Source of the DNA: Longimicrobiales bacterium
Lineage (GTDB): Bacteria; Gemmatimonadota; Gemmatimonadetes; Longimicrobiales; Gaopeijiaceae
DNA length: 64,000 bases
Direction: 5' to 3'
Assembly: GCA_965204735.1 (NCBI GenBank)
Contig: OZ242008.1
Location: 3,520,001-3,584,000, forward strand
The notes beneath the pieces were generated by a model that was not told where the DNA came from, searched no databases, and worked only from the letters and a program-made list of their open reading frames with translations. Shown here in pieces: positions 20,438-28,990 of the stretch (its first letter is position 1; every line of letters starts with the position of its first letter). The position numbers and the translations under genes were made by a program.

Positions 20438-21698
20438 GTCAAAACCGTACCAAGACGGCGAGGGCGCTGCAACTCGCCGCCGAACCGCGGAGACGGCCGC
20501 CGCCTTCGGCCTGCGACCCGCAAGCCCAAGCCGGAGCCCCGCTGCGTCTGCGCGGGCGGCTGCGGAGACGGCCGCCGCCTTCGACCTGCGACGGTTCAAC
20601 CCGGTGCAGTGGTCGTGCGATGCAAGCTTTGGAGCGGGGGCGCTCGGGCCGCTCGACCTGTTGCCGCCCGGAGCGCCCGCGGCCCGCGTCGAACGACGAC
20701 GCAATCCCCTGCGGCTGCGTCGCTACCACCACGTGGTGGACGTGAAGGCGTATCACGAAGACGCCGCAAGCCGCGCCGGCGAACTGGCCCGGCTGGCGGC
20801 CGCTGGCGTGGTGATTCATGTGGCGGACGACGACGATCGGCTTCGAGCGCTTCTGGATTCCGACTTGCATCGATTCATGAGTGCGCATCCGGGCGCCTTC
20901 GATGCGGGCGAGCGGGAGATGCACTCCATCCGCATGCGCCGCGCGGCGCTGCAAGCGCACTCCTCTTGGTCGCGCGGAAAGAACGCGCCCCCGGTGTCCG
21001 TCGTGGTGGCGAGCAAGCGCCCCGAGATGCTCCCGCGCGTGCTCGACGCGGTGGCTCGACAGACGTATCCTCAACTCGAGCTTGTGCTGGCGGTGCACGG
21101 CGACGCCAAGGGCTTCGATGGAATCGAGGCAACTCGCGAAGCCATGCCCGTTCCTGCGACGGTGGTTCGCGCGCACCGCGACGAGCCCCTTGGCGCCGTG
21201 CTCAACGAAGCTTGCGCGGCCGCATCCGGGACCCTGCTGACGAAGATGGACGACGACGACGTTTACGGCGCCGATCACGTGTGGGACTTGGTGCTTGCTC
21301 GCGTGTACGCGGGCGCCACGCTGGTGGGAAAGGTCGCTCAGTTCGTGCACCTGTCGGACGCCGAACTCACCGTGCATGTCCGGCGGGGGCAGGGCGAGTC
21401 CTTTCGAAGGGAGCTGGCGGGGGGGACGCTGTTGATCGCCCGCTCGGACTTGGAGCGGATCGGGGGCTGGCGGAACGTGCCCCGGGCAGTGGACGGGGCG
21501 CTGGAAGAGGACGTGGTGCGCGCAGGCGGCGTCGTCTACGCGACTCACGGCGCCGGGTTCGTGCTCGTCCGGCACGGCCGCTCCCACACCTGGGGGGCGA
21601 GCGACGCCTTCTTCCTTGAGCTGGCGGACCGCATCGCTCCGGGATGGGCTCCCGCGATCGCCGGGATGGACGGCGAGTGCGGTGCGCGTCTTCCATAG
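20436..21698 (+). CDS. Glycosyltransferase family 2-like, paralog 1
   Basis: VSVVVASKRP, QTYPQLEL, KMDDDDVYG, AGGTLLI; start uncertain. Confidence 0.8.
   Translation: MSKPYQDGEGAATRRRTAETAAAFGLRPASPSRSPAASARAAAETAAAFDLRRFNPVQWSCDASFGAGALGPLDLLPPGAPAARVERRRNPLRLRRYHHVVDVKAYHEDAASRAGELARLAAAGVVIHVADDDDRLRALLDSDLHRFMSAHPGAFDAGEREMHSIRMRRAALQAHSSWSRGKNAPPVSVVVASKRPEMLPRVLDAVARQTYPQLELVLAVHGDAKGFDGIEATREAMPVPATVVRAHRDEPLGAVLNEACAAASGTLLTKMDDDDVYGADHVWDLVLARVYAGATLVGKVAQFVHLSDAELTVHVRRGQGESFRRELAGGTLLIARSDLERIGGWRNVPRAVDGALEEDVVRAGGVVYATHGAGFVLVRHGRSHTWGASDAFFLELADRIAPGWAPAIAGMDGECGARLP
20487..20592. repeat. 31-bp direct repeat pair, 75-bp period, in frame
   Basis: gcggagacggccgccgccttcg(g/a)cctgcgac at 20487 and 20562 (AETAAAFGLR/AETAAAFDLR). 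Confidence 0.8.
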
Positions 21699-23079
21699 TA
21701 GGGGCGTCGCCTTCCTGCAACGGGTCCGCCGGGACGTTCGCAGCCTCGGGGATGCTTGGAGGGTGGCCCGCTGGACGGCTTGGCGCGCGCTCTGGCTTCC
21801 CGCCTTGGCCGCGATCAACAAGCGGCACGCCGCGTGGTGGTTCCTTCGCCGCCGGCGCCGATTCGCGCTGGCCGCGTGGCGCCGACCCCCGGCGCCGACT
21901 CCGTCGCTTGGCCGCCGGCAACGCACCTCGACCGACGAAGAGCGCGTCTTCGACTTCGACCTGCGAACCTACAACCCGATACACTGGCGGCCGGCAACCC
22001 GCGAAGAGGCGCCGGCGCTGGGTCGGTTCTGCACGGAGCCGCCCGGAGCAACGGCCGAGGTCGCGGCCCGTCGGCTCGACCCCGTCCGGCTGCGTCGCCA
22101 TCATCACGTAGTGGACGCTCGGGCGTTCCACCGCGACCCGGCGACCCGGGCCGGCACGTTGGCTCGGCTGGCAGCCGCCGGCGTGGTCGTGCACGTCGTG
22201 GACGCCGACGCCCGTCTGCAAGCGCTCATGGGCCCCGAACTCTGCAAGCTGACGACCGTCGACCCGAGGGGCTTCGACGCCGACCAACGCGAGCTGCACA
22301 GCATCCGGATGCGTCGCGAGGCGATGCGGAGCCACTGGGCGCGCAGCTCCCGGCGGCCGCCTGCGGTCTCGATCCTGCTTGCGACCCGGCGCCCGGCCCT
22401 GCTCCCCCAAGCACTCGCGGCGGCTGCAAGCCAGACGTATCCAAGGCTCGAGCTGGCACTGGCCCTTCACGGCCACGAAGGCGCGGTTGCAGAGGTCGAG
22501 GAGCAGGTGGCCGCCCTGCCGTTCCCTGCCACGGCGATTCGGGCGCCCCGTTCGGCGCCCCTCGGCCAAGTGCTGAACGAGGCGGCCGGGGCGGCCGGCG
22601 GCACGCTGCTGACCAAGATGGACGACGACGACCTGTACGGTCCCGAGCACGTCTGGGACCTGGTGCTCGCCCGCGAGTACTCGGGCGCGCAGGTCGTGGC
22701 CAAGGCGGTCGAGTTCGCCTACTTGGCGGCGCCCGACCGAACCGTGCGGCGAGCAAGCGGGACCGGCGAGAGCTACCGCACCGATCTCCTGGCCGGAGGG
22801 ACGCTGCTGATCGCGGCGGACGACTTGGAGCGGATCGGGGGCTGGCGGAACGTGCCTCGGGGAGAGGACATGCAGCTTGCGAGAGACGTCCTGCGCGCCG
22901 GCGGCGGCGTCTACAGGACTCACGGCACGGGCTTCATACAGGTGCGGCACGGAGTCGGCCACACCTGGCAGGCGGACGACCGCCACTTCCTGCTGACTGC
23001 GGAGCGCATCGTCCCTGGGTGCGCCTTGGCGGCGGCGGGAATCGACCCGGTCTTGCGACCGGCCGCGGTCGGCCGCTAG
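21616..23079 (+). CDS. Glycosyltransferase family 2-like, paralog 2
   Basis: Clearly similar to the previous gene (RLRRHHHVVD, KMDDDDLYG, DLERIGGWRNVPR); start uncertain. Confidence 0.8.
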   Translation: MSWRTASLRDGLPRSPGWTASAVRVFHSRGVAFLQRVRRDVRSLGDAWRVARWTAWRALWLPALAAINKRHAAWWFLRRRRRFALAAWRRPPAPTPSLGRRQRTSTDEERVFDFDLRTYNPIHWRPATREEAPALGRFCTEPPGATAEVAARRLDPVRLRRHHHVVDARAFHRDPATRAGTLARLAAAGVVVHVVDADARLQALMGPELCKLTTVDPRGFDADQRELHSIRMRREAMRSHWARSSRRPPAVSILLATRRPALLPQALAAAASQTYPRLELALALHGHEGAVAEVEEQVAALPFPATAIRAPRSAPLGQVLNEAAGAAGGTLLTKMDDDDLYGPEHVWDLVLAREYSGAQVVAKAVEFAYLAAPDRTVRRASGTGESYRTDLLAGGTLLIAADDLERIGGWRNVPRGEDMQLARDVLRAGGGVYRTHGTGFIQVRHGVGHTWQADDRHFLLTAERIVPGCALAAAGIDPVLRPAAVGR

Positions 23080-24065
23080 CAGCGCCTCCAAATTTCCAAG
23101 TCGCTGGCGTACCGAACGGAAAGCAGCTCCCTGTTGCGCGCGGTGAGGAGCCTGGTGCGAGCCGATCTCATGGCCTGCACGTCCTCGGCAACGGCGTTCC
23201 ATCCCACTCCCGAATGCACGAACGGGAGCTCGGGCACGGGCATGCCGAGGCGGGCGACGACGCTGCGCCAGTCGGCTTCGATGCTCTCGAGCCGCCCAAC
23301 GAAGTCCGGCAGCCGTCCGTTGTCGAGGCGCAGCAAGCTCTCCATCGACACGAAGTGCTCGTCCGCGTGCTGGTCGGCTCCGTACGGCGTGTTCAGCCAC
23401 TCGCAGTACGCGTCGAACTCCTGCGTGTCGGCCAAGCCGTAGAAGCGATCGAAGAGATCGGTGCGCTTCTGAAAGAGGATCCTGCGCCGTCCTTCCGTGT
23501 ACCTCCAGGGCGACACGTGCAGCTCGTACCAAAAGGAGAGGGCTCGCTCGAAAGGGTGTCTCACGAAGGCAAACGTAAACCAGTCCCGCACGTCCGGACG
23601 AACCCTGCACAGATCGACTGCGTTCATCTGGTAGACCTTGCACTCCGGATCTGCACTTGTCAGGGCCGCCAGGATGCTTCGAGAAGCAACCTTGGGCGTG
23701 CTGATCCAAACACATCGGTACGTCGGCGACACGAACTTCGGCGTGACCAGCGCCAGGGCGGAGGAACGCGTTGCCGTCGACGCCATCTGCCGGGCCCGCG
23801 TCAGATCGCCCCTTAGGACTGCGCCAGCCACGTCTCGGCCGACGCCCTCGCCGCGGAGCGACAGGAGACGGCCAACCCGTCGCACGGCACGGCGCGTCCA
23901 TCCGACTCGCCGATCCTCTATGCGGATCGGGTCGAACCCCATCTCGTAGGAGCGTCGCAACCCCTCCGACAGATCAACGCCTGCGTGGCCAGCCGTCCGG
24001 CGCCGCCGCGACGGATCGGCTCGGGAGTTCGAGTCGGCAGGCGAGACCGGAGCGGCTATCTTCAT
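23076..24065 (-). CDS. Sulfotransferase family 2 protein
   Basis: PKVASRS (5'-PSB) and FVRHPFERALS (3'-PB) motifs, DFVGRLE, YASDL. Confidence 0.85.
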   Translation of the reverse strand: MKIAAPVSPADSNSRADPSRRRRTAGHAGVDLSEGLRRSYEMGFDPIRIEDRRVGWTRRAVRRVGRLLSLRGEGVGRDVAGAVLRGDLTRARQMASTATRSSALALVTPKFVSPTYRCVWISTPKVASRSILAALTSADPECKVYQMNAVDLCRVRPDVRDWFTFAFVRHPFERALSFWYELHVSPWRYTEGRRRILFQKRTDLFDRFYGLADTQEFDAYCEWLNTPYGADQHADEHFVSMESLLRLDNGRLPDFVGRLESIEADWRSVVARLGMPVPELPFVHSGVGWNAVAEDVQAMRSARTRLLTARNRELLSVRYASDLEIWRRC

Positions 24066-24106
24066 GGGCGAATAATAGCCGACACGCCGATCGGAGGCGA
24101 TGCACC

Positions 24107-25684
24107 TTGAGACAGCCGCTCTGCCCCGGAGTCCGTCCTGTCCGTTCGTTTCGCCCTTGCAGCCCGCGAGCAGCCGCGACGCTCCTGGCGGGCGCCGCCG
24201 CGATGCTGGCTCCCACGGGCGGGCCGTCCCCCTTGCGCTGGGCGCCCGCCGGCCTTGCCGCCCAGGACCGGTACGACGTGGTGCTGGCCGGCGGTCGCGT
24301 CATGGACCCGGAAACGGGCCTCGACCAGGTCGGCCACGTCGGCATCCGCGGCTCCGAGATCGCGGTCGTGTCCGAGGAGCCGTTGGAGGGAGAAGTCGTC
24401 GTCGCCGCGACCGGCCTCGTGGTGGCGCCCGGGTTCATCGACCTGCACGCCCACGGACAGACCAACCGAGCGAACGAGTTCCAAGCCCGGGACGGCGTGA
24501 CGACGGCGCTGGAGCTGGAAAGCGGCGCCGCCAGCCCGAGAGAGTTCCTGGAGCGCCGCACCGGCAGGGCGATCCTCAACTTCGGGGCCACCGTCTCCCA
24601 CATGGCCGCCCGCGCATGGGCGATGCCCGGCCGCGCGGCCGCGCTCGAGCGGGCGGTTCGCGCGCTGGCCGACGACCCCGAAGCAGGCGAGCGCGCCCTG
24701 AGCTCGATCGCGTCGGCCGCTCGCTACGACCCGGTGCTTCCCGAGAACTACGGCGCCCTGCGCGACGCCCTGCGACGGGGACTCGCCGAGGGCGCGCTGG
24801 GGATCGGCATGGCGCACCAGTACTACCCGGGGGCGACGCGGAAAGAGGTTCTGCGCGTCTTCGAGCTGGCCGCCGAGGAGCAGGCGACGATCTACACCCA
24901 TGTCCGCAGCATGGGCGTCGGCGCCATGCAGGAGGTCGTCGCCGACGCTGTGGTCACCGGCGCGCCCCTTCACATCGTTCACGTCAACAGCTCCAGCCTG
25001 TGGAACATCGGCACGGTGCTGGACCTGGTCGGCGGCGTCCAGGACCGGGGCTTCGACGTGACCACCGAAGCGTACCCCTACACCGCGGCGTCCACCGGTC
25101 TCCAGTCGGCCATCTTCGACCCGGGCTGGCAGGAAGGCCTCCGAATCGGCTACGGCGACCTCCAGTGGCAGGACACGGGCGAACGCCTCACGGCGGAGAG
25201 CTTTCGGCGCTACCGAGCGTCGGGAGGCACGGTCATCATCCACATGATGCGCCCCGAGTGGATCCGCGAAGCCCTTTCGCGGGAGTTCGTGATGGTCGCG
25301 TCGGACGGGATGCCCTATGCGCCCGGCGCTCACCCCCGCAGCGCAGGCACGTTCTCGCGCTTCTTGGGACGGTACGTGCGGGACGAAGGGCTCGTCTCCC
25401 TCATGGACGGGCTCGCGCGGATCACGATCATGCCCGCCCGGCGCTTGGAGACGACCTCGGAGCAGGCCCGCCGCAAGGGTCGCCTGCAGCCCGGCGCCGA
25501 CGCCGACGTGACCGTGTTCGACCCGGCGCGGATCATCGACACGGCCACCTTCCAGGACGAGCTGTCCTACTCGCAGGGAGTGGTCCACGTCCTGGTGAAC
25601 GGCCAGTTCGTGGTGCGCGACGGCGAGAACGTGGCCGGGGCGACTCCGGGTCGGGCGGTGGTGGGCGCCCGCCCGGTCGGCTGA
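24107..25684 (+). CDS. N-acyl-D-glutamate/D-aminoacylase-type amidohydrolase
   Basis: PGFIDLHAH, TTEAYPY, ASDG, HPRSAGTF, GADADVTVFDP; start uncertain (24107 or 24203). Confidence 0.85.
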   Translation: MRQPLCPGVRPVRSFRPCSPRAAATLLAGAAAMLAPTGGPSPLRWAPAGLAAQDRYDVVLAGGRVMDPETGLDQVGHVGIRGSEIAVVSEEPLEGEVVVAATGLVVAPGFIDLHAHGQTNRANEFQARDGVTTALELESGAASPREFLERRTGRAILNFGATVSHMAARAWAMPGRAAALERAVRALADDPEAGERALSSIASAARYDPVLPENYGALRDALRRGLAEGALGIGMAHQYYPGATRKEVLRVFELAAEEQATIYTHVRSMGVGAMQEVVADAVVTGAPLHIVHVNSSSLWNIGTVLDLVGGVQDRGFDVTTEAYPYTAASTGLQSAIFDPGWQEGLRIGYGDLQWQDTGERLTAESFRRYRASGGTVIIHMMRPEWIREALSREFVMVASDGMPYAPGAHPRSAGTFSRFLGRYVRDEGLVSLMDGLARITIMPARRLETTSEQARRKGRLQPGADADVTVFDPARIIDTATFQDELSYSQGVVHVLVNGQFVVRDGENVAGATPGRAVVGARPVG

Positions 25685-25712
25685 CGGCAGCTCCGGGGCG
25701 CGGCAGCGTTCC

Positions 25713-26882
25713 ATGGAACCTCCGTCGAGCGTTCCTCGGGGAGACGGCTGGGCCGTGCCGGGAGCCGCCCCGTCCGACGCCCCTCCGCTGGACCTGGTGA
25801 TCGTCGGCGCTGGCCCTTGCGGGTTGGCGGCTGCGGTTGCGGCCAAGGAACACGGCTTGCGTCACGCGGTCCTGGATCGGGGCTGCATCACCCACTCTCT
25901 GACCCGCTACCCGTACTACATGACGTTCTTCTCGACCGCGGAGCGGCTGGAGATCGGCGGCGTGCCCTTTGCAATTCCCGAGCCCAAGCCCACCCGCCGC
26001 GAGGCCCTGGCGTACTATCGTCACGTGGCCCGGCGCCATGGCCTGGCAGTGCGGCAGTACGAAGAAGCGACCACGGTGGAGCGAGAGGAGGCTCCCTCCC
26101 GCGCCGGCGCGCCGCAGACGTTCACGACGCATACCCGCAGGACCGGACCGTGGGCCGGGAGACCGGTGCCGACCGCGCCGCTGCGTTCCCGAGGGGTGGT
26201 GGTCGCCACGGGCGGGTTCGGCGAGCCCAACCGACTGGAGCTGCCCGGCTGCTCGGACCCCGACGGCTACCCCGCCAACGTCGTCCACTACTACAAGGAG
26301 CCGTATCCCTACTTCGGCCACGACGTGGTCGTGGTGGGGGGCGGCAACTCGGCCGTGGAGACCGCGCTGGACCTGCACAGGAACGGCGTCGGAGTTCGGA
26401 TGGTGCACTTCGCGTCGGAGTTCGACCGCGGGGTGAAGCCCTGGGTTCGACCCGACATCGACAACCGACTCGCCGGCGGGGAGATCCCCATGCACTGGCG
26501 GTCGCGCGTAGCCCGAGTCGCAACGGAACGGCGCTCGGTCGAGATCGTGGACGAGGCCACGGGCGTCTCCAGCGAGCACCCGGCCGACTGGGTCCTGGCC
26601 ATGACGGGATGGTTGCCGGACAGCGCCTTGCTGGACGGCTTGGGGGTGGCGACCGATCCCGAGACCGGCATCCCCGTCCACGACCCGGCGACGATGGAAA
26701 CGAACGTCGGCGGCGTCTACCTTGCGGGCGTCGTCGCCGCCGGCTTCGACGCGAACAAGATCTTCATCGAGAACGGCCGGGAGCACGGCGCTCGCGTGGC
26801 GGCCCACATGGCGGCCGGCTTGGCCGCTCCGGCGCGGGCGTCTCGACCTGGACGGGCGGGCCTTCGCCGCTCCCCAAGCTGA
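25713..26882 (+). CDS. ypdA: YpdA-family putative bacillithiol disulfide reductase
   Basis: GAGPCG, FFSTAERLEIG, KPTRREALAYY, HYYKEPYPY, GGGNSA, IFIENGREH. Confidence 0.85.
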   Translation: MEPPSSVPRGDGWAVPGAAPSDAPPLDLVIVGAGPCGLAAAVAAKEHGLRHAVLDRGCITHSLTRYPYYMTFFSTAERLEIGGVPFAIPEPKPTRREALAYYRHVARRHGLAVRQYEEATTVEREEAPSRAGAPQTFTTHTRRTGPWAGRPVPTAPLRSRGVVVATGGFGEPNRLELPGCSDPDGYPANVVHYYKEPYPYFGHDVVVVGGGNSAVETALDLHRNGVGVRMVHFASEFDRGVKPWVRPDIDNRLAGGEIPMHWRSRVARVATERRSVEIVDEATGVSSEHPADWVLAMTGWLPDSALLDGLGVATDPETGIPVHDPATMETNVGGVYLAGVVAAGFDANKIFIENGREHGARVAAHMAAGLAAPARASRPGRAGLRRSPS

Positions 26883-27933
26883 GGACGGCCGGCGGGTCCA
26901 CCTCCCGCCGGACGTAGCCGAGTCCCACCACTTCGCCGAAGCGGAGCGACCGCACCGCGGAAGTGACCCGCCCGCACGCCTTCTCGGCGCCGCGCATGAA
27001 GAGCCGGTCCCCGGGCGCGACCGTCGCGCCGCCGAAGCGGAGCCACCGCAGGCGCCAGTTGACCCGTCCGCGGTGGCGAATCCGCACGATGACTTCCTGG
27101 CCCGTGTAGCATCCCTTCTCGTGGTCGAAGGCTCGATCCACCAAGCCCGCCTCCACCGGGATCGTCTTCTCGTCCATGTCCACGCCGAAGCGGGGGAAGC
27201 CCGCCTCGACCCGCAGGGTTTCCCAGACCTCCGGTCCCACAAGGGAGGCCCCGTGCTCGACAAGTCGCCGCCCCGCCCGCGCCGCTCCCTCGGCGCCCAC
27301 CCAAACGTCCCACGAGGCGACCTGCTCCAAGCCCTTCGCGATCAAGACGCCGCCCGCCAGCGGTCCCCCGTCCATGAGCGCGAATCCGCTCTCGGGCGCC
27401 GCGCCGAAGGCTCCGGCAACCGTCGCCCGCGCCTCCGGACCCACGGCGGTGAGCAGTGCGGTCCGGCCCGCCAAGTCCTCGACGCGCGCCATGCGGGGCG
27501 GCAGAAAGCGGGCGAAGTGGGCAAGGGCCGCGCCGCGGCCGGCAGCCGAGATGTCCAGTCCCACTCCCTCCGCCTCGGTCGCTCCCAGCCAAAGCGTCTT
27601 CTGGTCCGCGACCATGCGCCCCTTGGCCGTGAGGACGGCGCCGTAGACGACCTCGCCCGCCAGCACGCCCGGAGGGTCGTCGGCGACCGCCGGCGGTCCC
27701 GGCACCCGGTTGGTGAGGATGCCGTGGAGCATCCGCATCGGGGCTCGACCGGACACCCGCAACAGGACGCGGTCGGTCCGGCGCGCGACTCCGCATCGAT
27801 CGGCGGCCGCCTGGTACTCCCGCCGCGGCGCGCGGGTCGTGGATCCGCTGGCCATGGGCGCGTCCAACCTGTCTCTCCGCGACGCCTTGGCGACCGCCGG
27901 CGTCGGCGCCGGACTCGACCGTTCGCCCGTCAT
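26764..27933 (-). CDS. ygfZ: YgfZ/GcvT-like folate-binding protein
   Basis: KGCYTGQE signature, LRVEAGFP. Confidence 0.85.
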   Translation of the reverse strand: MTGERSSPAPTPAVAKASRRDRLDAPMASGSTTRAPRREYQAAADRCGVARRTDRVLLRVSGRAPMRMLHGILTNRVPGPPAVADDPPGVLAGEVVYGAVLTAKGRMVADQKTLWLGATEAEGVGLDISAAGRGAALAHFARFLPPRMARVEDLAGRTALLTAVGPEARATVAGAFGAAPESGFALMDGGPLAGGVLIAKGLEQVASWDVWVGAEGAARAGRRLVEHGASLVGPEVWETLRVEAGFPRFGVDMDEKTIPVEAGLVDRAFDHEKGCYTGQEVIVRIRHRGRVNWRLRWLRFGGATVAPGDRLFMRGAEKACGRVTSAVRSLRFGEVVGLGYVRREVDPPAVLSLGSGEGPPVQVETPAPERPSRPPCGPPRERRAPGRSR

Positions 27934-28001
27934 TCAGCTCCCGGCGGCGAGTCTGGAGGCAGGGTCGGAATCCAGCGGTTCCTGGCGCATGAACTCAATG
28001 T

Positions 28002-28199
28002 AACCCGGCTTGGACAGAGCAACCCCGGCTTGGACGGAAGCAGTCGGCCCGGACGGGCGCGGTTCCCGCGGCGTCGGCATGGACCGAAAGGGCTTCGCGG
28101 CGTCGGCATGGACGGAAGCGACGCGGCGTGGTAGCATGGTGTTCGCCCCGACGGCTTTGTGTTTGCCCCGACGGCTTTGGTGTTCGCCCCGACGGCTTT
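28002..28199. repeat. Intergenic cluster of short duplications
   Basis: cccggcttggac x2, cgcggcgtcggcatggac x2, gtgtt(c/t)gccccgacggcttt x3. Confidence 0.8.
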
Positions 28200-28250
28200 C
28201 TGGAGAGCGGCGTCCATGGAAGAAGCTTCAACCGGGGCCAGGAGGAGCTG

Positions 28251-28784
28251 ATGCTGGATCGTTCCATTGGCGCGGGACCCGCGGCGGAGCCGAGCGGCGA
28301 GCTGCTTCGCCTGTCCTGGGAGATGTTCGGCGAACTCTGTCGCGCCTTGGCGGTCAAGGTGGCCGCCGGATACGACCCCGAGGTCGTGGTCGGCGTTGCT
28401 CGGGCCGGAGTGATCCCAGGCGCCGTGGTGGCCTCGATGATGCGAACGGACTTCTTCTCGTTGAGAATCAGCCGACGGGAAGGAGGGCAAGTCGTCCGCC
28501 AGCGGCCGTCAATCTTGTCGGCGGCGCCCTCGCAAGCTCGGGGCAGGCGAGTCCTGATCGTCGACGAGATCACCACGTCGGGCGACACGCTGCGCTTGGC
28601 CTTGGCCGCGGTCCGCGACGTGGGCCCGTCCGAGGTCCGCACCGCGACCTGCTTCGCCCGGCCCCAGGGCTACAAGCCCGACTACTTCGCGCTCGCCACC
28701 GACGACACGATCGCCTACCCCTGGGACCGCAAGATATATCAAGACGGCGACCTCGTGGTGAACCCGCGCTACCGGCCGGCTTGA
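28251..28784 (+). CDS. Type I phosphoribosyltransferase
   Basis: VVGVARAG, VLIVDEITTSGDTL PRPP loop, YPW; GGAGGAG RBS. Confidence 0.9.
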   Translation: MLDRSIGAGPAAEPSGELLRLSWEMFGELCRALAVKVAAGYDPEVVVGVARAGVIPGAVVASMMRTDFFSLRISRREGGQVVRQRPSILSAAPSQARGRRVLIVDEITTSGDTLRLALAAVRDVGPSEVRTATCFARPQGYKPDYFALATDDTIAYPWDRKIYQDGDLVVNPRYRPA

Positions 28785-28990
28785 CCCATGGCGGCCGTGG
28801 CGAGGCGGCCCGCCGCGGAAGAGAGGGCGAGCGACGGCTCCTGACGGGAGGCTCCCAGCGGCGCCGCGGACCTACCGCCCACCGCCTTTCGTGGGCTAGC
28901 TTCAGGGGCTGATTCTTGGCCGTTTGTCACGCGAGCCGGCCCGCGCGCTCCCCTGCCGAAGCCGTCCGCCGACCGTCCGCCGGAGGTACC

